A stretch of 64,000 nucleotides of DNA, from contig CAVSAC010000012.1 of the NCBI GenBank assembly GCA_963725865.1, positions 864,001 through 928,000 of the forward strand. The letters are read 5' to 3'. Of this stretch, positions 1-9,234 are shown piece by piece. Origin of the DNA: Candidatus Eiseniibacteriota bacterium (lineage in GTDB: Bacteria; Eisenbacteria; RBG-16-71-46). The notes under the pieces were generated by a model. That model made no database searches, had not been told where the DNA came from, and saw only the letters and a list, made by a program, of their open reading frames with translations. The translations under genes and the position numbers were made by a program. The stretch's first letter is position 1. Every line of letters begins with the position of its first letter.

Positions 1-1927
1 CTGGCCGCGGCTCGAGAAGCTCGCCCGCGAGCGCGGGATCCCGCTCGACGTGGCGTGGGAGCGCCTGAGCGACGAGCATCGGACGCTGTTGATGGAGGGT
101 GGCGAGGGCTTCCGCGGGGCGATCCCGTTCCTGCAGCGTCTGCAGCAGAAGTCTTACAAGGCGGGCAACCGCTTCATCGTGAAGCGCTACCAGACCGCGC
201 GCTCCTGCCCGACGTGCGGGGGCGCGCGGCTGCGCGCCGAAGCGCTCCATGTGCGGCTGGCCGGGCGCTCCATCGCCGAGGTCGGTGCGATGACTGTGGC
301 GGCGTCCGCGCGCTACGTCGCAGGTCTCGAGTTCGCGCCCTCCGAGCGCGCGATCGCCGGCCCCGTGCTGGACGAGCTGCACGCCCGGCTCGGGTTCCTG
401 GAGCGTGTCGACCTGGGCTACCTGACCCTGGACCGGCTGACGCGGACGCTTTCGGGCGGCGAGGCGCAGCGGATCGAGCTGGCGAACGCGCTCGGGGCGC
501 GGCTGGCGGACACGCTCTACGTGCTCGACGAGCCCACCGTGGGTCTCCACCCGCGCGACACCGAGCGGCTGGTGGAGATCCTGCGCGAGCTCGCGGAGCG
601 CGGGAACACGGTCGTCGTGGTCGAGCACGAGCCGCTCGTGATCCGCGCCGCGGCCCACCTGATCGATCTCGGCCCGGGCGCGGGTGAGCAGGGCGGGCGC
701 CTGCTCTACGCGGGCCCCGCCGGCGACGCGTTGGCTGGGGTCGCGACCGAGACCGCGCGTTACCTGCGCGGCGAGAAGCAGGTCACGCGCGCGCGGGTGG
801 GTGGCGCGCCGGGGGCCGTGATCGAGGTGCTGGGCGCCGCCCACCACAACCTGCAGGACGTGGACGCGCGCTTCCCGCTCGGGCGGCTGACCGCGGTCAC
901 GGGCGTGTCGGGCTCGGGCAAGAGCAGCCTCGTGGAGGAGATCCTCTACCGCGCCGCCCGCAAGCGGTTCGACCAGCGCGAGGAGGAGCCGGTCGGCGCC
1001 CACGGCGCCGTGCACGGCCTCGAGCACCTGCGGCGCGTCGCGCTGGTCGACCAGTCGCCGATCGGCCGCACGCCGCGCTCGTGTCCGGTCACCTACCTCG
1101 GCGCCTTCGCCGCGCTGCGCGAGGTGTACGCGCGACAGCCGGCCGCGCTGGCGCGCGGCCTCAAGGACGGCGCGTTCTCGTTCAACACCCCGGGCGGCCG
1201 CTGCGAGACGTGCGAAGGGGCCGGCTGGGTGACGGTCGAGATGTACTTCCTGGCCGACCTCCTGGTGCCGTGCGAGACCTGCGGCGGCGATCGCTTCCGG
1301 CGCGAGGTGCTCGAGGTGCGCTATCGGGGCTTGAACATCCGCGAGACGCTCGACCTCACGGTCGACCAGGCGTTCGCGCACTTCGCGACCGAGCCGCGGT
1401 TCACGCGCGCGCTGCACATCCTGCGGCGGGTCGGGCTCGGCTACCTGCGCCTCGGCCAGCCCGCGAGCCAGCTGTCGGGCGGCGAGGCGCAGCGGCTCAA
1501 GGTGGCGCGCGAACTCTCCGAGCGCTCCGCCGGGCCGACGCTCTACCTGCTCGACGAGCCGACGGTAGGCCTGCACTACGCCGACGTGCAGCGATTGCTC
1601 GAGGTGCTCGATGACCTGGTGGCGCGCGGGGACACCGTGATCGTGGTGGAGCACAACCTCGACGTGATCCGCAACTGCGACTGGCTCGTGGACCTCGGCC
1701 CCGGCGGCGGCGACGCGGGCGGCCACCTGGTCGCGGAGGGTCCGCCCGAGGTCGTCGCGGCCTGTGAGGCGTCGTGGACCGGACGGTTCCTGCGCGCGGC
1801 GGGAGTGGTCCCGGGCCGGACGCCACCGTCCGTACCGGCGCCGGCGCGGCCCGCCCGCCCGCCCCGGCCGTCCCGCTCGCGCGTGCCCGCGCCGGGGCGC
1901 CGCCGCGGTGTCGCCCGCCCGCGTTGA
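1..1927 (+). CDS. uvrA: Excinuclease ABC subunit A (UvrA family), 5' end outside window
   Basis: Two ABC signatures (LSGGEAQR), Walker [10 protein letters not shown], Walker B YVLDEPT/YLLDEPT, zinc-finger CxxC pairs (CPTC, CETC..CETC). Confidence 0.93.
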   Translation, partial: WPRLEKLARERGIPLDVAWERLSDEHRTLLMEGGEGFRGAIPFLQRLQQKSYKAGNRFIVKRYQTARSCPTCGGARLRAEALHVRLAGRSIAEVGAMTVAASARYVAGLEFAPSERAIAGPVLDELHARLGFLERVDLGYLTLDRLTRTLSGGEAQRIELANALGARLADTLYVLDEPTVGLHPRDTERLVEILRELAERGNTVVVVEHEPLVIRAAAHLIDLGPGAGEQGGRLLYAGPAGDALAGVATETARYLRGEKQVTRARVGGAPGAVIEVLGAAHHNLQDVDARFPLGRLTAVTGVSGSGKSSLVEEILYRAARKRFDQREEEPVGAHGAVHGLEHLRRVALVDQSPIGRTPRSCPVTYLGAFAALREVYARQPAALARGLKDGAFSFNTPGGRCETCEGAGWVTVEMYFLADLLVPCETCGGDRFRREVLEVRYRGLNIRETLDLTVDQAFAHFATEPRFTRALHILRRVGLGYLRLGQPASQLSGGEAQRLKVARELSERSAGPTLYLLDEPTVGLHYADVQRLLEVLDDLVARGDTVIVVEHNLDVIRNCDWLVDLGPGGGDAGGHLVAEGPPEVVAACEASWTGRFLRAAGVVPGRTPPSVPAPARPARPPRPSRSRVPAPGRRRGVARPR

Positions 1928-1961
1928 GCACCGCCTGGCGCGGTGGGATGCTGCCGCCGCC

Positions 1962-3410
1962 ATGACCGCCACCTACCGGGGCGCCATTCAACTCGACGCG
2001 TATCGCTGGATGCTGCCGCAGGAGGGCGGCATGCGAGTGCCGGGCGTGCTGTTCGCGGACCGTCCGTTGCTCGAGCGCATGCTCGACGATCGCACGCCCG
2101 AGCAGGTGCGCAACGCCGCGCACCTGCCCGGCATCCTGGTGGCCTCGATCGCGATGCCCGACGCGCACTGGGGCTACGGACTGCCGGTGGGGGGCGTGGT
2201 GGCGACCGATCCCGGCGACGGCGTGGTCTCGCCCGGCGCCGTGGGCTACGACATCGGCTGTGGCGTGCGCCTGCTGCGCACGCGGCTCGCCTACGCCGAG
2301 CTCGCCCCGCACCTCGATGCGCTCGCCGACGCGCTCCATCGCGAGGTGCCGTGCGGCGTGGGCTCCTCCGGGGCGGTGAGCGTTTCGAAGCCCGAGCTCG
2401 ACCGCGTCCTGCGCGAGGGTGCGCGGTGGGCGGTGGGCCGCGGCATGGGCAACGCGAGTGACCTCGAGCACTGCGAGGAAGCCGGCGTGCTCGCCGACGC
2501 CGACCCGCGCGCCGTGAGCGAGTCCGCGCACGAACGAGGCCGCGGCCAGCTCGGCACGCTGGGCTCGGGCAACCATTTCCTCGAGGTTCAGCAGGTCGAT
2601 GCGATCTACGACGAACGCGGCGCCGCGGCGCTGGGGCTGGCGGCGGGCGACGTGACGGTGATGATCCACTGCGGCTCGCGGGGCCTCGGCCACCAGGTCT
2701 GTACCGACTACGTGCGCGATGTCCTGGGCAAGCTGGCCGGCTGGGGGATCGTGCTGCCCGACCGCCAGCTGGCGTGCGCGCCGCTGCGCTCGAGCGAGGC
2801 GCGCGAGTACCTCGGCGCGATGCGCGCCGCGGCAAACTTCGCCTGGGCCAACCGGCAGTGCATCGCCGACGGCGTGCGGCGCGCGTTCGAGCGCACGCTG
2901 AAGCGCGGCCCGGGCACGTTGGGGATGTCGCTGCTCTACGACGTCGCGCACAACATCGCCAAGTTCGAGACCCACACCATCGACGGGGATCAGGTCCGCT
3001 GCCTGGTGCATCGCAAAGGCGCCACGCGCGCCTTCCCGCCCGGACACCCGGAGGTGCCCGCCGCCTACCGCGCCGTTGGTCAGCCGGTGCTGGTTCCGGG
3101 GGACATGGGGCGCTATTCGTTTCTGCTGCTCGGCGCGCCCGGCTCGATGGTGCACGCCTTCGGCTCGTCCTGTCACGGCGCCGGGCGCCAGATGAGTCGC
3201 ACCCAGGCGGTGCGGGAGACGCGCGGACGCGACCTGGTGGCGGAACTGCGCGAGCGCGGGGTGGTGGTGCGTTACGAGGGCCGCGACACGCTGCGCGAAG
3301 AGACCAGCGAGGCGTACAAGGACGTCGCCGACGTGGTGCGCGTGGTCGCGGGCGCCGATCTCGCCCGCCCGGTGGCACGCCTGCGGCCGTTCATCGTGGT
3401 GAAAGGATGA
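1962..3410 (+). CDS. rtcB: RtcB family RNA 3'-phosphate/5'-OH ligase
   Basis: Motifs [52 protein letters not shown]; start set at ATG 1962. Confidence 0.95.
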   Translation: MTATYRGAIQLDAYRWMLPQEGGMRVPGVLFADRPLLERMLDDRTPEQVRNAAHLPGILVASIAMPDAHWGYGLPVGGVVATDPGDGVVSPGAVGYDIGCGVRLLRTRLAYAELAPHLDALADALHREVPCGVGSSGAVSVSKPELDRVLREGARWAVGRGMGNASDLEHCEEAGVLADADPRAVSESAHERGRGQLGTLGSGNHFLEVQQVDAIYDERGAAALGLAAGDVTVMIHCGSRGLGHQVCTDYVRDVLGKLAGWGIVLPDRQLACAPLRSSEAREYLGAMRAAANFAWANRQCIADGVRRAFERTLKRGPGTLGMSLLYDVAHNIAKFETHTIDGDQVRCLVHRKGATRAFPPGHPEVPAAYRAVGQPVLVPGDMGRYSFLLLGAPGSMVHAFGSSCHGAGRQMSRTQAVRETRGRDLVAELRERGVVVRYEGRDTLREETSEAYKDVADVVRVVAGADLARPVARLRPFIVVKG

Positions 3411-3491
3411 GGACCTGACTCGGCGTCGCGCCGGCGCGGCGCGCGGATCACTCGCCCCGGTGGCCGCGCGTCCCGCGCGCCCGCGGGCCGC

Positions 3492-4406
3492 TCAGCCTTC
3501 GATCACCGCGGCCGCGAGCGCATCGGGCAGCGCACGCTCACGCGCGAGGGTGGCCGACTCGGTCGGCCCCAGCACGCCATCTTCCACCACGATCCCTCGC
3601 AGCAGCGGCAGCGGCACCAGCTCGAAGTAGACGTTGCGCGGACGCACGCCTTCGCCGGGCGTCTCCCACACCTCGCCGGGCGGCATCTCGGGGATGCGCA
3701 GCGCGGCGGTCGCCGCGGGCAGGAAGCGACGGCGGGACGCGAGCGCGTACACCGGCACCGAGTGCTCGCGCGCCGCCAGGGCGGCCGCGAAGGAACCCAC
3801 CTTGTTGAGCACCCCGTGCTCGGTCACGGCGTCGGCTCCGATCCACACCATGCGGGCCTGCGACAGCAGCAGCGGAAGCGCGGCGTCGACCACCAGCCAG
3901 GTCGGCAGCCCCGCCGCGGCCAGCGTCGCGGCCAGGGAGCGGCCCTCGAAGCCGGGTCGGCTCTCGGCCACGATCACGCGCGGTGCGCGCCCGACGCGCT
4001 GGGCCTCGAGCAGCGCCGCGCGCACCGTGCCGCTCTCGGAGAGCGTCGCGATCCAGGGCTCGGGCCGGTCGAGCAGCTGCACTGCCTGCTGCGCCGCGGC
4101 CGCCTGGGTGGCGGCGAGGTCGTCCCGTTCCGCGCGGCAGGACTCGGCGAGATGCGTGCGCAGGTCGGCCACGCCATCGCCGCGCGCCATGCCGGTGAGC
4201 GCGACATCGAGCGCGCGCGCCGCCAGCTGGTGCACCAGGGCCATCGCCGGCTGCGCGGCCTGCGCGGCGCGCAGCCACGCCAGCAGGGCGGCCTGCAGCG
4301 TCGCGGCGTCGCGCGAGCGGTCGGTCGCGGCCCAGCGCTCGAGCTCGTCGAGGAAGGCGCGGGCCACCCCGCTCGAGCCCGAGCCGCGATCCGCTGCGAA
4401 TCCCAT
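3492..4406 (-). CDS. eIF-2B alpha/beta/delta-like (MtnA / ribose-1,5-bisphosphate isomerase superfamily) protein
   Basis: ESRPGFEG, GADAV, NKVGS and NVYFE motifs typical of the IF-2B fold. Confidence 0.8.
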   Translation of the reverse strand: MGFAADRGSGSSGVARAFLDELERWAATDRSRDAATLQAALLAWLRAAQAAQPAMALVHQLAARALDVALTGMARGDGVADLRTHLAESCRAERDDLAATQAAAAQQAVQLLDRPEPWIATLSESGTVRAALLEAQRVGRAPRVIVAESRPGFEGRSLAATLAAAGLPTWLVVDAALPLLLSQARMVWIGADAVTEHGVLNKVGSFAAALAAREHSVPVYALASRRRFLPAATAALRIPEMPPGEVWETPGEGVRPRNVYFELVPLPLLRGIVVEDGVLGPTESATLARERALPDALAAAVIEG

Positions 4407-4415
4407 CAGTTCCCG

Positions 4416-5168
4416 CTACTTGACGAGCAGCTGCTTCAGCCAGAGCACGGTGGTCTGGCGGCCGAGCTCGCCGAACGCCTCGGTGAGCGGGATCTCCTTC
4501 GGGCACACCTCGACGCAGTTCTGGGCGTTGCCGCAGTCCGCCAGCCCGCCGCGGCCCATGATGGCCTGCAGGCGCTCCGCCGCGTTCATGCGGCCAGTCG
4601 GGTGCGCGTTGAACAGCCGCACCTGGGCGATCGGGGCCGGGCCGATGAAGTCCGACCGGTCGTTGTACTGCGGGCACGCCTCCATGCAGCAGCCGCAGGT
4701 CATGCAACGCGAGAACAGGTAGGCCTCGGCGGCCTCGGTCGCCGCCAGCTTGGGCCCCGGCCCGAGGTCGTACGTCCCGTCGATCGGGATCCACGCCTGG
4801 ACCTGCTTGAGCGCCTCGAACATCGGCTTGCGATCCACCACGAGATCGCGCACCACCGGGAACTTGGTGAGCGGCTCGAGCGTGATCGGTCCCTCGGGCA
4901 GCTGGTCGATCAGCGCGGTGCAGGATTGGCGCGGGCGTCCATTGATGCGCATGGTGCACGCGCCGCAGACCTCCTCGAGGCAGGAGGAGTCCCAGGTCAC
5001 GGGGGTGGTGGTCCGACCGTCCCTGGTGACCGGGTGTTTGCGGACGTCCATCAGGCAGGAGATGACGTTCATCCCGGCGCGGTAGGGGAGCGAGAACTCC
5101 TCCCAGCGGGGCGACGCCGAGGGCCCGTCCTGGCGGCGGATCCTGAGTTCGATCGTCGTGCGGGGCAT
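4416..5168 (-). CDS. sdhB: Succinate dehydrogenase iron-sulfur subunit
   Basis: CLEEVCGAC..C, CMTCGCCMEACP and CGNAQNCVEVCP cluster motifs; downstream of sdhA. Confidence 0.96.
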   Translation of the reverse strand: MPRTTIELRIRRQDGPSASPRWEEFSLPYRAGMNVISCLMDVRKHPVTRDGRTTTPVTWDSSCLEEVCGACTMRINGRPRQSCTALIDQLPEGPITLEPLTKFPVVRDLVVDRKPMFEALKQVQAWIPIDGTYDLGPGPKLAATEAAEAYLFSRCMTCGCCMEACPQYNDRSDFIGPAPIAQVRLFNAHPTGRMNAAERLQAIMGRGGLADCGNAQNCVEVCPKEIPLTEAFGELGRQTTVLWLKQLLVK

Positions 5169-5181
5169 CGCGTCCTCCGTC

Positions 5182-7000
5182 CTAGTCGTATTTCCGCGCG
5201 ACCGGCGACACGAGCGAGATGTCGACCGGATCGTAGCGGAAGGAAGGGCCGTCGGGGGTGTACGTCGCGACGGTGGTCTTGAGCCAGTTCGCGTCGTCGC
5301 GGTTCGGGAACTCCGGCTTGTAGTGGGAGCCGCGGCTCTCGTCGCGCGCGAGCGCGCCGCGCGTGACGACCCGGGCGAGCGCGAACATGTTCGACAGCTG
5401 GTTCATGAACGCCAGCGGGGCGTTCGACCACGAGGAGTCGTCGAGCACACTGGCCCTCCGGTAGCGCTCGGCCAGCTCGCCGATCGTCGCAGTCCGTCGC
5501 CCGCAGCTTGTCGTTGAAGCGCACGGTGCTGACGTTGTCGAGCATCGAGTTGCCGAGTTCCTCGGCCAGCACGTACGGGTTCTCGTCGCCGGTGCGCTTG
5601 CGCAGCGACTCGAAGTGCGCGGTCCATCGGGCCTCGGCCTGCTCGTACACCGAGGCGGGCACGTCGGCCGCCGACCCCTTCTGGTTCTGCGACCAGGCCA
5701 CCGCGGCCGGCCCGCCGATCTGGCCCGCGTACACGCACGAGAGGAGCGAGTTCGCGCCGAGGCGGTTGGCGCCGTGGTACTGGTAGTCGCACTCGCCGAT
5801 GGCGTAGAGCCCCGGGATGTTCGTCATCTGATTCTTGGGGTTCGAGAGATCCACGAAGCCATCCGCCGACCGCGCGTAGTCCACCCAGAGCCCACCCATC
5901 GAATAGTGGACGGCGGGGAAGATCTTCATCGGCACGTCGCGCGGGTCGTCGCCGGTGAACTTCTCGTAGATCTCGAGGATGCCGCCGAGCTTGCGATCGA
6001 GCGTCGCGCGCGGGATGTGCGTCAGGTCCAGGTAGACGCACATCTTGCCGTCGACCCCGAGGCCCTTGTCCACGCAGACGTGGTAGATCTCGCGGCTCGC
6101 CACATCGCGCGGCACGAGGTTCTTGTAGCGCGGATATTTCTCCTCGAGGAAGTACCAGCGCTCGGCCTCGGGGATCTGCCGCGGGTCGCGCTGGTCGCCG
6201 GCGGTGCGCGGCACCCACACGCGACCGCCCTCGCCGCGTGCGGACTCGCTCATGAGGCGCAGCTTGTCCTGCCCCGGGATCGCCGTGGGGTGGACCTGGA
6301 TGAACTCGCCGTTCGCGTACCAGGCGCCCTCGAGATAGGCGGCGGCGGCCGCGGAGCCCGAGTTGATGACCGAATTGGTGGTGCGGCCGAACATGAGGCC
6401 CGGCCCGCCGGTCGCCAGCATCACCGCGTCCGCGCGGAACGCCTTCGGCTTCATGGTGCGCAGGTCGAGTGCCACCAGGCCGACGCAGCGGCCGCCGCCC
6501 TCGCGCGCCATGCCGACGTACTCCCAGCCCTCGTACTTGGTGACCAGCCCGGCCGCCTCGTGCCGTCGCACCTGCTCGTCGAGCGCGTAGAGCATCTGCT
6601 GGCCGGTGGTGGCGCCGGCGAACGCGGTGCGATTGTAGAGCGTGCCCCCGAAGCGCCGGAAGTCCAGGAAGCCCTCGGAGGTGCGGTTGAACATCACGCC
6701 CATGCGGTCGAGCAGGTAGATGATGCCCGGTGCCGCGTAGCACATGCCCTTGGCGAGCGGCTGGTGCGCGAGGAAATCGCCGCCGCGCACCGTGTCGACG
6801 AAGTGGATCTCGGGCGAGTCATTCTCGCCCTTCACGTTCACCGCGCCGTTCACGCCGCCCTGCGCGCACACCGAGTGGGAGCGCTTGACCGGCACGATCG
6901 AGAACAGGTCGACGGGCACGCCGGCCTCGGCGATCCGGATCGTCGCCATCAGGCCGGCGAGCCCGCCGCCGACCACCGCGATGCGGGGCTGGCCGCTCAT
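5182..7000 (-). pseudogene. sdhA: Succinate dehydrogenase flavoprotein subunit interrupted by a 1-nt insertion near 5491 (assembly error or true frameshift)
   Basis: GGGLAG FAD motif, RSHSVCAQGG, HYSMGG, HGANRLGANSL. The C-terminus (ESRGSHYKPEFP) lies in another frame (5182..5448). Span 1819 nt = 606 codons + 1. Confidence 0.93.
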
Positions 7001-7686
7001 GGCCGCACCTCCGTCTGCGCGACATTCGCGGTGTCCGAGACGCGCTCGAACAACCGGACGCCCCGGCCGACGAAGCCCAGCAGGGCGTTCACGCCGATGA
7101 GCGTGAGCACGATCGCCACCGCGTAGCCGAACCGTGCGGCCTGGCGCTGCGCGTGGCGGCCAGTCGTGAGGCCCCAGTGGATCGCGAACCCGAACAGACC
7201 GTTGCCGAGGTGGAAGGCCGCGCTCGCGACCCCCAGCACGTAGAACAGGAACACCGCCGGGTTCGAGAGCTGTTTCTGCATCAGGGCGAACAGATCACCG
7301 CCGGGACTCATCGCCTCGGGCGCGAAGCGCGAGCTCCAGACGTGGTAGATGATGAACAACACCAGGAACAGGCCGCTCGCCCGCTGCAGGCCGTAGCCCC
7401 AGTTCCGCTCGTAGCGGAACCGCCCGAGGTTCGCCTGACCGCTCGTCACGATCAGCAGACCGAGCACCATGTGGAACAGGATCGGCAGGCCGATCGCGAC
7501 CACCTCGATCAGGGCGACGAAGGGGAGTTTCGCGATCTCGTCGGTCGCCGCCCGGTAGGACGCGGGCCCCTGGACGGCCTTGGCGTTGATGAACAGGTGG
7601 AAGGCGAGGAAGGCCCCGATGGGAAGGACGCCCGTCAGGGAGTGCAGCCGCTTCAGCGTATTCGCGGTCCGGTCGGACATGCTCAT
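6997..7686 (-). CDS. sdhC: Succinate dehydrogenase cytochrome b558 subunit (Bacillus-type, di-haem)
   Basis: Five hydrophobic segments with conserved His (LHSLTG, FHL, FHM, YHV, FHLGNG); 4-nt overlap with sdhA; GAGGA RBS before ATG 7686. Confidence 0.92.
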   Translation of the reverse strand: MSMSDRTANTLKRLHSLTGVLPIGAFLAFHLFINAKAVQGPASYRAATDEIAKLPFVALIEVVAIGLPILFHMVLGLLIVTSGQANLGRFRYERNWGYGLQRASGLFLVLFIIYHVWSSRFAPEAMSPGGDLFALMQKQLSNPAVFLFYVLGVASAAFHLGNGLFGFAIHWGLTTGRHAQRQAARFGYAVAIVLTLIGVNALLGFVGRGVRLFERVSDTANVAQTEVRP

Positions 7687-7729
7687 GGAGTCGGGTCCTC
7701 GATCCGGTGAAGATACAGGGGGTGAGCGC

Positions 7730-7738
7730 AATATAGCA
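7730..7738 (-). promoter_or_regulatory. Extended -10 promoter element (TGCTATATT) for sdhCAB
   Basis: TGn-TANNNT match in an otherwise very GC-rich intergenic region, ~45 nt upstream of sdhC. Confidence 0.55.
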
Positions 7739-7883
7739 CGAGCGCGGCGCCGTCGACCGCGCCGCCCACCGCGGCGACGGCGAGTGCGCGCGTCAGCGCA
7801 GCGGCCGTCGGCCGCGGACCTGTGCTAGCGTGGCGAATCGCTCGCGCGCGCCGCGCGGCGGTCCGGCCCGAGGAACCCCGCCG

Positions 7884-9029
7884 ATGACCCGACCCGATCT
7901 GCAGGCCCTGCGCGAGGCGCTCGAGGCGCTCGATCGTCGCGTCCTGGCGTTGCTCCACGAGCGCATGCAGCTCGCCGAGCAGGTCGCCGCGGCGAAGATC
8001 CTTGATGCGGCGCCGTTCCGCGATCCGCTGCGCGAGGAGCAGGTGCTCCAGCGCGTCCGCCACCTCGCGGTGAGCGAGGGCCTCGACGCCCACAAGATCG
8101 AGCGGCTGTACCGGCTCATCTTCGACATGTCGGTGTCGCGCCAGCAGGCGTTCCTCCACGAGCTGGAGACGGCGCCGCTGCGCGTGGCTTACCAGGGTGT
8201 GGAGGGGGCGTACAGTCATCTCGCCGCGCAGCGTCGCTACGCCGGCCGCCCCGGCGGTGCGCTGTTGGAGGGACACGAGTCGTTCGCGGGCGCCGCCCGC
8301 GCGGTGCGCGACGGCGAGGCCGACGTGGCGCTGCTGCCGATCGAGAACACCACCGCCGGCAGCATCAACGAGACCTACGACCTGCTCGCGGAGGGCGGAC
8401 TGGTGATCATCGGCGAGGAGGTGAGCGTCATCGAGCACTGCCTGCTGGCGCTGCCGGGGGTGGCGCTCGAGGAGTTGCGCGTCGTCATCTCGCACCGCCA
8501 GGCGCTCGCCCAGTGCGAGGGCTTCCTGCGCGCGCATCCCGCGCTGTCGCCGCGCGCCGAGTTCGACACCGCGGGTTCCGCGCGCAAGGTGGCGGAATCC
8601 GGCGACCGCACGCTCGCCGCCATCGCCAGCGAGTCCGCCGCGCGCCACTACGGGCTGCAGGTGCTGGCGCGCGGCATCCAGACGCAATCGGGCAACTTCA
8701 CGCGCTTCGTCGAGATCGCACGCGAGGCGGTGCCCTGTCCCCCCGATGCGCGCTGCACCACGTCGCTGCTGATGACGCTCACCCACCACGCGGGTGCCCT
8801 CGGCCAGGTGCTGGTGGAGTTCGGACGGCAAGGGGTCAACCTGACCAAACTCGAGTCCCGGCCGCTGCCGGACACCCCCTGGCAATACCGCTTCTATCTC
8901 GACCTCGACGGGCAGGCCGACTCGGCCCAGGTCCAGCGGGCGCTCGAGGCGGTGCGGCCCCACACCACCGAGCTGCGAGTGCTGGGGTCCTACGTCGCGG
9001 CGGTCCGCCCCGGCCCGCCCGTTGCCTGA
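7884..9029 (+). CDS. pheA: Bifunctional chorismate mutase / prephenate dehydratase
   Basis: N-terminal CM domain (RDPLREEQVL), AYQGVEGAYS, PIENTTAGSI, SHRQALAQC, NFTRF, ACT motif NLTKLESRP. Confidence 0.93.
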   Translation: MTRPDLQALREALEALDRRVLALLHERMQLAEQVAAAKILDAAPFRDPLREEQVLQRVRHLAVSEGLDAHKIERLYRLIFDMSVSRQQAFLHELETAPLRVAYQGVEGAYSHLAAQRRYAGRPGGALLEGHESFAGAARAVRDGEADVALLPIENTTAGSINETYDLLAEGGLVIIGEEVSVIEHCLLALPGVALEELRVVISHRQALAQCEGFLRAHPALSPRAEFDTAGSARKVAESGDRTLAAIASESAARHYGLQVLARGIQTQSGNFTRFVEIAREAVPCPPDARCTTSLLMTLTHHAGALGQVLVEFGRQGVNLTKLESRPLPDTPWQYRFYLDLDGQADSAQVQRALEAVRPHTTELRVLGSYVAAVRPGPPVA

Positions 9030-9234
9030 ACGTCTCGATCGACCTGCGGGCGGCCGCACGCGGCCGTCCTTGGGCGGGCTCCAGCGCTGTGCTAACGTGC
9101 GCCTGCCCATACCCGGCGGGCCCTGCGCCGCCCCGCCTTATGACGACGAGTTCGCCCGGCCGCCGCGCGTCACGCCCGCGGGCGCGCGCCCGTGGCATCC
9201 GCAGACCCAGGACGTCGGGAGGCTTTCCCACCGC

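Noticed and set aside
5069..5490. Programmed frameshift or novel SdhA C-terminus
   Set aside because: No slippery sequence; the canonical tail is present in the other frame
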